58,175 bases of DNA from Seison nebaliae. Lineage: Eukaryota. A model generated the notes under the pieces. It was not told the origin of the DNA. It was given only the letters and a program-made list of their open reading frames with translations, and searched no databases. Below are positions 10,311 to 22,167 of the stretch, in pieces. Location of the stretch: the NCBI GenBank assembly GCA_023231475.1, contig JALJEE010002824.1, forward strand, positions 1 through 58,175. Reading direction: 5' to 3'. A program made the position numbers and the translations under genes. Each line of letters starts with the position of its first letter. The first letter of the stretch is position 1.

Positions 10311-11163
10311 ATGGTATCAATTCTTATTTCTGATACTTAATAGTCATTTTTCATTATCTAGTTAATTTCCATAATTTTCGAACATTTTCTTCATAAGAAT
10401 AAATTTGTAAATTAAACTTTACTTACTACTATAGCATTATACATATTTATCATTTTATCTTTGATATTTTATCATTAACCACAAAAAACGAGATTATGTC
10501 GAACGATAAATTTTATTTAAACCAGATAAGAAATTGAGAAGTTAAACATCAATATTGGGATAAAAGAAGACGATTTTCCAAACAAATTCTGTTTGTTTAT
10601 TTGAGTATGTAATAAAATTGATTGGTAGTAGAAGTGAAATTAAAATTTAATTCTTCGACAAATTTTGGAAGAAATGAATAAAATATATGAGTATTGTTTT
10701 CGATATTGATCATGAAAAGAAGAGAGAGACAATAAGAGGAAGACTCAATAAAAAAAGGGATTGGATTACTGTTATGTTTGATTAAAACATTTTGGATGGT
10801 GATACAATACTCCAGTGAATAATAATCATCATGGTGTGATATGAAATGAACGATAATGAAATATTTAAATATCTCAATTATCTCATTTCATCAATTAAGG
10901 AAAAACTCGAAGTATATTTGAAAAAGTTTTTGTCGTTCGTTTAATTTGTAGAAAAATATCTATTCATTCAGGAGTGGAACAAATTAAGTTTTGTTTCAGC
11001 TGAAATTTATCAAATAAAAAAAATCAGTTTGGAAATGATCTATGAACTAAAATAATAACAGAATGAACAAATAAATGGATGAATTAGCCGGATAAGGTTT
11101 TTATGTCAATCGACTTCGATTCTGATCGACAAACGCAGAGGTGATTCTTACGTGTAATATTTT

Positions 11164-11217
11164 TGTGTGAGTGTGTGTAAATGTGAATGTGTGAGTGTGT
11201 TTGTGTGTGTTTGTGCG
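11164..11217. repeat. Imperfect (TG)n microsatellite
   Basis: tgtgtgagtgtgtgtaaatgtgaatgtgtgagtgtgtttgtgtgtgtttgtg. Confidence 0.7.
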
Positions 11218-12417
11218 TAGAGAATTGTCCGAATGACCGTTTATAATATAAAATAAGATTATCCAAATAAAATAAATGAATGATCAAAATAAAAATAAAA
11301 GAATAATATTTAGAGGAAGAGTGTCGACTATTTAAAAAAATTGTTGATTTTCTATCTATCCTTAAATTAAATAAATGAAGAAAATGAGTGGTCAATTATT
11401 GATGGAAAATTTTTGAATGAAATTTATCGAATATTATCTTCATCGAATTCATTTGTTGGATATGATAACAATGTTTGACATTTTCCATCTGGATTAGATT
11501 GAGAGAAATAAATTTCTATATAAGAAATAGATTGAGAGAAGAAGAGGAAGAAGAAATAACTGTAAAGGATGAAAAAAAGGAAAATGGTAATGGAATTATT
11601 ATAACCTTTTGTAAAAAAAGAAAAAGAAAATTGTTGAATAATCTGAAGACAGCAAAAAAAAGTTGGAGAAGTCCTTTGCGGTGATCAAACGGATTATGGT
11701 TGATTGAGGATAATATTATGTTTTTCTTTTGTTATTTTTTTTTGATATGTGGTAAATAGTTGTAAAATAGAAGATGAATATGCATTCTTCTCAAAAATTG
11801 TTATTTTCAATTAATAAGATTTTGAAGAATTTAAACGATAAAATGAGAGAAGAAAAATAAAAGATTTTTCTGAATAAATATAATTTGCAAATAATTATCG
11901 GTCTATCATCATTCGCATTGACGCCCAAAGAGAACAGTGTTAAATTGGTGTAAATTTGGACCAATTCAAAAAGAAAAACTGATGTTTTGTCGATGGAAAT
12001 TCAATCCCAAAATAGCGGGAAGATGGAGTGCTGGATAACAATGATGATCATGATGGCTGTGATTCGTAAATAAATAAAAAGGAATTGGATCATCTGCCAG
12101 ATGAATCGAATAAACATAATAATAATGATACGGATATGTAACGTCAAATGAAAAATGTTGAAATGAGAGAAGGAAAAAAAAAATAAAATTGTATAAATTC
12201 ACAAGTTATCGATGGAAAGAAGAAGAGAATGGAACTCATCCATTTTAATTGAAGTGGATGAATCCTCTTGAATAAATAGTATGTATATGAAGAAGAAAAA
12301 ATGAAAAGATTGGATCGATGACGATCTCACTGAATATGTTCGACACTGTCGATATTTTATGTAAGAGATTTCATTTTATAAATGCGACTGAATTTGGAAG
12401 GAGGACGAAAGAAAGTT

Positions 12418-12440
12418 AGAGAGAGAGAGAGAGAGAGAGA
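12418..12440. repeat. (AG)n microsatellite
   Basis: About 11 perfect AG units. Confidence 0.9.
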
Positions 12441-12942
12441 AAGAAAAGAATTGATTAATTGATTGATTGATTAAAATTAAATTGATTGTAATCCGAGAAA
12501 AATTCGTGTTAATGGAATTGTGTTTGTCGTAATAGCTCATTCGAAAGAGAAACTCCATTCCATTGTAATATAAAATAGTGATGATGATGTAATATTATAT
12601 GAAAGATGAAAATTGGAAGAGAATGAAAATCGAAAGATGAAATTCGATGGAAAATGTTGAAGGAGAATATATAACTGGATTGTGTTTTTCACCAACTTTC
12701 GTTGAAGAGAAAGAGGATTTGATCATTTGAAACAAAATAGTTAATTAGTTAGTTATTTGGAAGAATAATAATTAAAATAATAAAAAATATAATTGAATAG
12801 ATTGGATTAATTTTGAGGAGGAAGGAGCGAATCGATAAAAATCCAGAAAGGATTCCTCCGAATTTTCCCTCTGAAAAGCAAGGAGGAACTTTACTAAAAT
12901 AATCGTAATTTAGATATGTAATGATATATTATAAATAACTAC

Positions 12943-12990
12943 TAATAATAATAATAATAAATTATAATAATAAAAAATAATAATAATAAT
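12943..12990. repeat. Imperfect (TAA)n microsatellite
   Basis: taataataataataataa...aataataataataat. Confidence 0.75.
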
Positions 12991-13107
12991 AGATTGAAAA
13001 ATATAAAGAATAATAATGAAAATAATTTGGATGACGAATATAGAAGGAAAATCATTGATGTTCTTATCAATTTTGACATATCATCAATTGGATTTACTGC
13101 ACATCTT

Positions 13108-13137
13108 AGAGAGAGAGAGATAGAGAGAGAGAGAGAG
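13108..13137. repeat. (AG)n microsatellite with one interruption
   Basis: agagagagagagatagagagagagagagag. Confidence 0.85.
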
Positions 13138-13447
13138 TCAATTTGATCAGGAAAAATATATTGGAAGGAGCAGATGTCATTCGATTTTGCATCATCTATC
13201 ACGTTTCCCACCATATATGTGTCATTGGGGAAATTCTATTTTGGAAGTGAAATTTCTGTAAAAAATTGTACGTTCTTTTCTTTTTCAAATTGTAATTTCA
13301 TCAAAATGTCATCAAAATTATTTGGTATTCGACCAATAATGCGAATGATAATGTTGTGATGAGAGATAATTGAAAGATTGATTAATTATTCAAAATTATA
13401 TTATCTTTCAAAACTTTTCATATGTATGAGGAGTGAAGAATTCGTTT

Positions 13448-16400
13448 TTAAAAATATAAATTATTTGGATTAGGATCGTTTCGTTCCCATGAATTGAATA
13501 TTTGAGTATTTGTTGTTGATGGTGGTGATCGTTTATCTACTTTATCCAGAATGAGAATATGATTATTATTCTTCGCCAAAGTAACGATTTGGCCATCGTT
13601 CGTCATTTTTAAACCGCAACAACGACTCACCTTTTCATTGGGACAATCATAATCAGCATAATGTGTTTGTCCATTTTGAAAGAGGGCGATATGTAATCGA
13701 TTTCCATGACTATCAGCTACCAATACATCGTCATCTGCCGTCACCATAATGCCGTTGGGGAAATTTGTAATATTTTCCGAACCGATCTTATACATGAAAG
13801 CTCCCTCGTAATTGAAGACGGCGACAGAATGTCCCTTAAAATCACAGATATAATAAAGATCACGTTTGACAGCTAAGTCACTCGGTTCCTTCATATGATC
13901 ACTACAATCAAACCATCGACTCAATTTCCCGTTTTCTTGAATTCGGAATACGGTTGGTGATACACTATCCACCGCAACGATATCTCCATTTTCTTGTGCG
14001 ATGGCTAAACCAGCAACGATATCAATATATCGAACGAGAATTCGTCGTACATAACGTCCATTTTCATCGAAGATTTGCATTCGACTTCGTTCACCGCCAC
14101 GATCACATACCACATAATGTTTCGTCATTTGAATATATGCCACTTTTCTTGGTTGCCATAATTCTCCTTCCTCCTTTCCCGCTTTCCCAAAATTATTAAC
14201 CAGATTTCCAATCGTATTAAAAACTAAAATTCGATGATTGTTCGTATCAGCAATAACGATATGATTTTGAAGATCGTTATAACAGAAACCATGTGGAGCA
14301 TTTAATGATGTTCCATATTCTCCAAACTTCCGTACAACTTTCAATTGTTGGACATGTGTTGGACGTCGTTGAACTCTCGTTCTCGCATTATTCATCATAA
14401 TTGGGAGAATTGGTGTTGGATCAGTGGGAGTTGTATATTGATTATCAGCAATTCGATTACGTCCAATTATCATCTCTTCTAAATTATTATTGCTATTGTT
14501 GTTGTTGTTGTTTATGGGGAAATTGTTGTTATTCATCATATTAGGATTGTTATTCAATTTGAAATTATTATGTGAATTCGTATAATTTGAATTGTTATTA
14601 TTTACGAAATTATATAAATGATTATTATAAGCCATACCTAAAACATTCTTATTATAATTCGGACAATTATTTTTCTCATATAATATCGTCTTGTCGTTTT
14701 GAATATTATTGAAGACGATGGATTGAGTATAAATATCCGTTTGATTCATTGTGGGTAAGATGGCACGTCCTCGTTGATCTAATTCGGGAAGATATGGAGA
14801 ACATTTGAACAAAGGGAAATGAGGTCGAAAACGACGATCAAATCCATTCACTTCACATGTCTTTCGGAAATTGGCGGGAATTCGTTGCGCCAAATGACTC
14901 ACATCTCCAAATTCGAGTTTATTATATTTGTAGCACATGAATGGTTTCAGTTCGTTGAAGGTGTATGTTGAATTTTCCATAAATGTCAATTCGCCACCAT
15001 ATTCTTCGATACATCGTTGAAAGCCTTGAACACTGAAAGAGAATTCAGCGAATGTATTTTTACCAATGAGTGGAATCGAATCTCTCATGTGCATCATTCC
15101 ATTAATGAGATTGCGACAGACAACTAAAAATTCAGATTGAAGACAATCGTTCATCATTTCTGTTTCCAGACAACGATCATCATCCGTCAAATTCATTTTC
15201 CCAATGTACATGGTCACATGATTGATATAACGATTCAAATTCTCATTAACCAAATCATACAATTTCAAATTATATTTCAAATGATTATGAATATTCGATG
15301 CCACTTTATCCAAATATTGGAGACATCTTCCGTGTACTCGATCGATGAGAGTTCGATATTGATTGAAAATCTCCTTCATATTCTTCTCTAATTGCAAATG
15401 ATTATCCATTCGTTCAATTTCGTTCGATCTCCCGTTCGGATGATGAATTAGATCGTCTAAATTCTTTTCGAAAAAATATAAATTGTCTTCCAACATTAAT
15501 TTCTTCTCTTTCAAATATTCCACCAACGGTTTCTGATTGTCACCAATATATGGATGATGTTTCCTATCTTGTACACAACAATCGCTACATTCGAATTTAT
15601 TACAATTCTCACAAAATACAGTAGCTGGTTCCATTGGATGTCGTTCACAAAAAATATAATTTTTCGATTTGATCAATTCTTCTTTATACACATTATCCAA
15701 CGATATAAGTTTGTGCTCTCTTAAATGAATCATACCCAAATGAGCCATATGACAATCTTTACAAAGAAATGCTTCACAAGTACCACAATATTTATCCGCA
15801 TCTTCTTTCCTCGAACAACTGGTACATTTATATGATGGTCGATCAAATGACGATAATGAAGAGTGACTTCGTTTGATTTTTTTCGATCCTAATGGATCGT
15901 TCGATATTCGTACATGTCCTTTTCCAAATAATTTCAAACAATGACGACAAGTTTGTTGAGTGGAAGGTGAATTGAAGGAGAGTGTAGGAAAAACTGGATT
16001 ATTGATTTTATCATAAATATCTCCACATTTCTTACAGATGCGATGGAAACAAATGAGCATTTTAGTCTCATCCATTTTGACGGTTTTGAGACAAGTGGCA
16101 CAATCGACCGTTTGAAATATAACTTCATCAAAAAACTTCTCTTCTTTATCAAATGTTGTTCCATTAAAATTATTCTTCTTTCCTTCATTCTCTCCAATTT
16201 TCTGATCTGTTGTCGTTATATTTAATGAATGATCATCAGTAAATGATCCCAACAAACTCAACAATTCAGCTTCATTTCGATGATTTTTTTTATTTTCTTT
16301 TTGTTCTTCTCGATCCGAATCAGCGAATGTCATCGTTTCATTGAAACGACGATCTAACGGACAACCGTCTCTTGACCAATTGTAATCAGGACTTAAATTT

Positions 16401-16813
16401 GACGGTTGGATGAATGTTCTCGATGATGTTTGTGTCGTTGGAATAGTTAAAGGAGTTCTCGCTCGACCTTGCTCAAATCCAAAAATGTTGACTTGATTTC
16501 GATCTTCTTTCGAGGTAGATTCAATTGGCGAATGTGACGACGAATAAGCGGAGGAGGAAGTGGAACTCGAACGATCACAATGAATCACTTCTTCACAATT
16601 TGGATAATTCGACGTATTAGATGATGAATCAGATGATGAACCGGATGAAGACGAGGTAGTTTGGGTTGGTGTGTTACTGATATTACCATTAGTATTTCCT
16701 TTATTGTCGTTGTCTGATGAGGTGTTAGTGATAGGTATCTCACCGAAATGTGGTAAATAGTCACCGGAACCACATTTGTTCATTAGACTTGGTATTCCTT
16801 GCATTGTCATCAT
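13448..16813 (-). CDS. mei-P26: TRIM-NHL RNA-binding E3 ligase, Mei-P26/NHL-2 subfamily (single exon)
   Basis: RING (CATC...CFHRICKKC...CRHC), two B-boxes, coiled coil, Asn-rich linker, and NHL repeats with Mei-P26-type sequence (YVVCDRGGERSRMQIF, IDIVAGLA, VDSVSPTVF, WFDCSDHMKEPSD, DSHGNR, KVSRCCGLK, LAKNNNH). Confidence 0.92.
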   Translation of the reverse strand: MMTMQGIPSLMNKCGSGDYLPHFGEIPITNTSSDNDNKGNTNGNISNTPTQTTSSSSGSSSDSSSNTSNYPNCEEVIHCDRSSSTSSSAYSSSHSPIESTSKEDRNQVNIFGFEQGRARTPLTIPTTQTSSRTFIQPSNLSPDYNWSRDGCPLDRRFNETMTFADSDREEQKENKKNHRNEAELLSLLGSFTDDHSLNITTTDQKIGENEGKKNNFNGTTFDKEEKFFDEVIFQTVDCATCLKTVKMDETKMLICFHRICKKCGDIYDKINNPVFPTLSFNSPSTQQTCRHCLKLFGKGHVRISNDPLGSKKIKRSHSSLSSFDRPSYKCTSCSRKEDADKYCGTCEAFLCKDCHMAHLGMIHLREHKLISLDNVYKEELIKSKNYIFCERHPMEPATVFCENCNKFECSDCCVQDRKHHPYIGDNQKPLVEYLKEKKLMLEDNLYFFEKNLDDLIHHPNGRSNEIERMDNHLQLEKNMKEIFNQYRTLIDRVHGRCLQYLDKVASNIHNHLKYNLKLYDLVNENLNRYINHVTMYIGKMNLTDDDRCLETEMMNDCLQSEFLVVCRNLINGMMHMRDSIPLIGKNTFAEFSFSVQGFQRCIEEYGGELTFMENSTYTFNELKPFMCYKYNKLEFGDVSHLAQRIPANFRKTCEVNGFDRRFRPHFPLFKCSPYLPELDQRGRAILPTMNQTDIYTQSIVFNNIQNDKTILYEKNNCPNYNKNVLGMAYNNHLYNFVNNNNSNYTNSHNNFKLNNNPNMMNNNNFPINNNNNNSNNNLEEMIIGRNRIADNQYTTPTDPTPILPIMMNNARTRVQRRPTHVQQLKVVRKFGEYGTSLNAPHGFCYNDLQNHIVIADTNNHRILVFNTIGNLVNNFGKAGKEEGELWQPRKVAYIQMTKHYVVCDRGGERSRMQIFDENGRYVRRILVRYIDIVAGLAIAQENGDIVAVDSVSPTVFRIQENGKLSRWFDCSDHMKEPSDLAVKRDLYYICDFKGHSVAVFNYEGAFMYKIGSENITNFPNGIMVTADDDVLVADSHGNRLHIALFQNGQTHYADYDCPNEKVSRCCGLKMTNDGQIVTLAKNNNHILILDKVDKRSPPSTTNTQIFNSWERNDPNPNNLYF

Positions 16814-18749
16814 TCAAAATGATGTCACTATTGTCTCAATCGAATTATTCTCTGCTAATCCACTTTTCGTTCGTTCCTGTTTCTTTTTTCTCAAAAAATC
16901 TCTAATATCAAAATCGAAGATTGGAGAAAGAAATTAATAGTTTATCGTTATTTATGACGTAGTCAATGTGTTTCCAAGAAATAACAACTAACAATAAGAG
17001 AGACGAAAGATGTTGTCGAATGGAAATGATAAATAATTTTATGTGAATAAGAAATGTTAAGTATGACAAGAGTTGTTCATCCGTTTCAATGTTCAAAATA
17101 CTTTTTCGTTCGTTTCAATTTATTGTAGTGGGGAAGAGGGGGGAGGTTTGTCTGAATGTGTTCAACTATTTTGATTCTTTCTATTATCAATTAGTCAAAA
17201 ATCCAATTTGATGAACGATAAAATTGTTCACTACCAATATATTTTTTTGTCTTTCTTTTTTCCAACGCGAAAAAATATAATGGAGGGGAAAAAGAAAGAA
17301 TTATAAAGTTAAAGAAAGAATTCGATCAAATCTCAAAATGATCTTGATGAAGAAGAATTAGAATTAACTATTCTCATATCAAGAAATAAATTGTAAATGA
17401 ATTGAATATGAGACTAGACGAATAATCATCGGAAAAGAAGAAGAAGCATATAGTAGAAGAGAAACCGAGATATATTTTCTAAAGAAATAAGGAGAATGGT
17501 ACATGTACTTTACGATAAATGCTACAACTTCTGTCTTCCACCATATGCGTATGGCGTTCAATTCATTCATTGATACATGAGGAAGACAAAGTAAAATAAT
17601 TCACATCGATGTCGATCTTGGAGAATAATCATTTGTCCAACATCTCCCGTTCATATTAGGAAGAAATCTCATACAGAAATCTTCATTGAATCCGAAGCTC
17701 AATCATCCAATTTCTCTTTTTTCTTTCTTGATAAGTCATTCTCATTGCTCACTTAATTTCTTTCTTGTTTAATACCTCGAATTTTGTGTATTTAAGTTCC
17801 TTTGATAAACACATACACTAATGTAAACATGTTGCGTTACCTGCACATGTGTATTCATACGAAAAATAAATGAGAAAGTTGAGTTTTTTTTGTCAATCAC
17901 ATTCGAATAGAGTTTCCCTTCTTCTCTATCCAATCTGAAATATACCATCACTCTCCAAAATTAGAGGAATGTTATGTTTGTGTAATGTTTGAGTAAATTG
18001 CATAGCCGGTATATGAACGAATCATATCTGTATAACAACAAACATATAATTTCCTTCATTTCCACATATCATGCATTTGTATGGATGAATAAACAGATAA
18101 TTGTACGAAATATTTTTTATGTTTCCCATAACACTCTGTTCATTCGGTGTTCATTGAACAATGAAAAATTTCCTAGTCCGGTTTCCTACTTCGACACTTC
18201 TAGTACAATTTTCTTCTTGGAATTTGTTATTGCCAATTCGATTAACTGTAAGCCTACTTTGGAATTATTTGTTGTTTTTTGGAATGAATCATGGATATTT
18301 GTCATCTTATTTTTTCCCCATCCATTTTTATTAAACATTGCAATTTCGTCATTTTCTACTTACCGACATTCTAAAACATAAATCGATTATAACATAAATT
18401 GATTATAAAATGTACGAGATTAATAATTTACCATATCGTCATTGAATAAAATTTTACACACAAAAGTTTCTTTTGAAGTTTTGAGTTTTGATATTGCAAA
18501 TCACTTACCGATATTTCAATCAAAATCGAAAAAGTACAAGTTAGTCAAACTCTCAAAGCCGAAAAAACTTCACAACTGAAATTCTGCACAGAATCATAAC
18601 GATCTTTTTACAGCGAGAGAATTAAGAAATAATTCTTGACCGAACACAGCGAGAATTCTTTAACTGGAATAATTTCATACGTTTATATATATCAATTAGG
18701 TCAAACTAAACAAAGTTGTTATATGTATTAATATTTAAGTAGATTAATT

Positions 18750-21291
18750 TCATACTTTGTCCCGGTTCAGCAGTTCCTTCGACGGTTGGGAAGCAGTACT
18801 ATCAGTTCTTTTGATTGCAGATATAGTGTTATCCCAAAATTCTCCTATCGAGTCATCCAGTTGGGGTTCATATTTTTTTACATAATCGTTGTACCGTGTT
18901 TCTGAGTATGCAGAAAAGCCTAAAGTAACGTTAAAGTGATCAGGGTAAACTTTCCTTGATTTTATCTTATGAGGATTGTCAAGTTCCCCTCTACTAAGGG
19001 AAAAGCTAGAAACGATAGAAAGAGTATAATGAATTAGAAAGAAAATAGTGTAAAAATAAAAATAACGTCAAATTTTCAATAAAAGTTGTGTATAACCAGA
19101 AGTAAAAAGCACATTTGTCATATCCAACTGGAATTTTTTTTGTGGAACTTATGAATTGAAATTTCACATCACCTCTAATTCTCAAAGGTGGAATATTTTT
19201 AATGATAATAGTATCCTCGTCATTTATTAATTCTTTCTAAATAAGTTTTAGTTGAGAATTTGATTGTGATAAAGCACAAAATTAAACCACAAAAATTTCC
19301 GGATGATCTAACGACATAGATAGAAATTGGTAGAATCCATCTTGAAAAATGTTCAACTGAAAGTCACTTAGGTCGCCCGGCCCAAGGTTTGTGACGCCAT
19401 CAATTTTAATATAATCAATTTGATAATCGACAGGTGGAGGTAATTTTCCTTGGTACTGATACTTTACCATTTCAAAATAATGGACATAACGACTTTGACT
19501 TGGTGTTTCCACACCTTGAAACTTCAGGTCTACCGTTGTGTCAGTTCTACGATCCCCGAAATATTTTAGTGATTTCTGATGTGTGACATGGACAATTTAC
19601 GTTAGAATAAATTTGACAAACTTGAGCATTTGAAAAATATTTCATTTCTAATAATGTGATACAAACAAGTGTACCGGTACGACCTTTCCCACCTTTGCAA
19701 TGAATTGCAACAACATTTTTCTCATCTTCTTCAAAGAATGTTCGAACTGAATTGGCAAAACGTACGGCCTCTCTGAAATTGAAATTATTATAATTTGTTA
19801 AAAACAATAAATAATGGGAACCGCATCGTAGGAACATTGTGATCATCAATTAAATATCGTCTTGTTTGTCCATGGAAATATTCTGTGTCATATGACAACT
19901 CACCTAGTTTAATTTTATTTAACCTTGTTCAGTATTAATTTAACTATAACTAACGACAAAGATTATAGACCCGATAGGAGGAATAATGTCTGGTATCTAA
20001 AAATTTAGCAACCTCAGAAATTGAGTTCCTATAGAAACTCATCGTTCCTTTCGCTGGTATCGACATAGCGATTACGCGTTCTAATTAATTTGAAAATAAA
20101 TTATAGATTGAAAAAAGATTTTGATTAAACTTGTGATATAAACTAGATCCAAATCGAAGCCATCTTTAATGAATCTCCTTTTGTTCTGAGAGACAAGCCA
20201 TCTGATGGATTGATGAATTCGTCTTTTGACGAAAAACAATCGGAAAGATCGAATAATAAGGAATATTCGTAGACCTCGTCCGACAACCAATAATTTAATA
20301 AAACGACCAGATTTGGATTCATATTGAATAATTGTTCTAAAATTGAGAACAATGACAATGGCGAATGTTAAGAGAATGACAATGGCATCGAATATTTCAC
20401 GCCTTTGCCGAAATAATCCCCAACTGTAACAATGATGAATGAGAAAGAAGGATGAAGTGAAACAGTTAATTAACCCGTTGCCAAATATTCGAAGTGATAG
20501 TTCGATAACAAATATGACACAAATAACCAGTGAAATGTGATCCAATATTAACTCTTTAGCAAGACAACCAGTTACAGGTTCATTATAATCCAATAAAGAG
20601 CCAAAATCATCATCAATGCAAATCTTATCTATATGTTAATGAATGAAAGCTGAATGAATCAAGATAAATAGCTGATGGAAGAATCGAAGAATTAAAATTA
20701 CGTTAATCACAGATTTCTCTTACCTGCATGAGTTCGATTTCCATGAAGTGAGCTATCGTTCGTAAATGCTTTATTTACGATTAACCGAGATGAAATATTG
20801 AAAAGAACAATCTACTAACCAATAACAACTGATGTGATAACTATTATCACATCTACCATTATTAATAATGCCAACAATGTTCGAATAGCGAAATGTTCGA
20901 CGGTAAATCGGATTCGTATTCGAAGTTTCCTAAAATTCAAATTAATTCTTCTTAATTCTAAATTCAAAGCAAAATGTGAACTCGACGAAGTTGTGGGCAT
21001 AATAACGTCCGTCTTCTTTTATTTTTACATTATCATCATCCGTCGTTTGGCTGTTTGAATTAGTGAGATCATTTTAGAAAATTATTTAAAATTCTACTTG
21101 AAATCCTCCACAACTTCTTCAAAAAATTCATCAATCTTCTCACCCTTCTCATTTAACAAAACTGGATCATGCAAATTCTTTTGGTCATCATTTGTCATCA
21201 AAGGAATATCATGCACTTCAAATACAGGATTAAATTCACCAATCTCCTCATCATTATTTGAAGAATTCCACAATCCTCGCAATATATCCAT
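18750..21291 (-). CDS. TPTE: Voltage-sensing phosphatase (VSP/TPTE): 4-TM voltage sensor + PTEN-like phosphatase + C2 domain; about 11 exons
   Basis: S4 [14 protein letters not shown], linker [28 protein letters not shown], active site [10 protein letters not shown] (VSP-type; PTEN has HCKAG), [12 protein letters not shown]2 [10 protein letters not shown] and ELDNPHK. Exons joined mostly by ~46-60 nt introns plus one longer intron; the 3' end at TGA 18750 is less certain. Confidence 0.9.
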
Positions 21292-22167
21292 TCTTTTCAC
21301 CTAACTCTCTCGCTCATATGTAAACAAAGACAAAGAAGCAACAACTTCTTCTTCTTCCTCTTCTTTTTTAACTTACTTCTCTTTTTAACTTAAGTAATTA
21401 AATTATGTCTCACAATTCTTTCACATCCGAAAAGTTTTGGGACGGAAACGACAGATAGAATTTTTAATTAAGGAGAAAATTTTCGAACCTATTAACTGTT
21501 GTACTACTTATAGCTGATGTCATAGCGGACATTATAAACACAAAGAGAAAATTAGAATAATTTTGTTCAAAGATTCTTTCAATAAAATTTCATGAAAAGA
21601 AAAGTAATTCAATGTCATTCCAAATCTAAAATATTAATTCAGTTTCATCTTCAATTCATTAGAATTGAATGAGTGGTTGTATGTCAATCATTCTTTTTCC
21701 ACTTGTGATTTATTTTATTATAATAATAATGTCCCAATTATCATCAGGTTAACATTCGAAAACTTCTAATAATTTCCAAATAAGTAAGTTTCAATTCCAA
21801 AAAACAAAAATTAAAAACAAATTTTATTGATATATAAATTATTATTAATTATTATATATATATTATCAAAACATAAAAAATTGATTGTCCAGACAGTTTA
21901 GGCCAACATAAATTTTGAAATGGAAAGCCAAATTTTCAAATAGGAACATAATAAAATTATTTCAACCAGATGATATTAAGTGGTTAGTAATTTAAATATC
22001 ATGCGATTAATTGTATTAGAAAAAGGAAAAGAAACATTTCCTGTTTTTCCATTTCGAGAAACCATTCATATTCTCATCTTTCGTATCTTCAATATTAATG
22101 TGAGTTATAGCAGATTGAAAGATGGGATGTGATTGAATACTTGAATGAATTCTTCTAAAATCGTTTT

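Noticed and set aside
11084..13359. Small ORFs between the CAP gene and mei-P26
   Set aside because: Low-complexity, microsatellite-driven frames in probable UTR sequence.
21064..21086. bantam-like sequence TGAGATCATTTT
   Set aside because: Only the first 12 nt match, it lies antisense in a 47-nt VSP intron, and no hairpin partner is visible.
21882..21900. miR-219-like TGATTGTCCA
   Set aside because: 10-nt match only, with no pre-miRNA hairpin evident.
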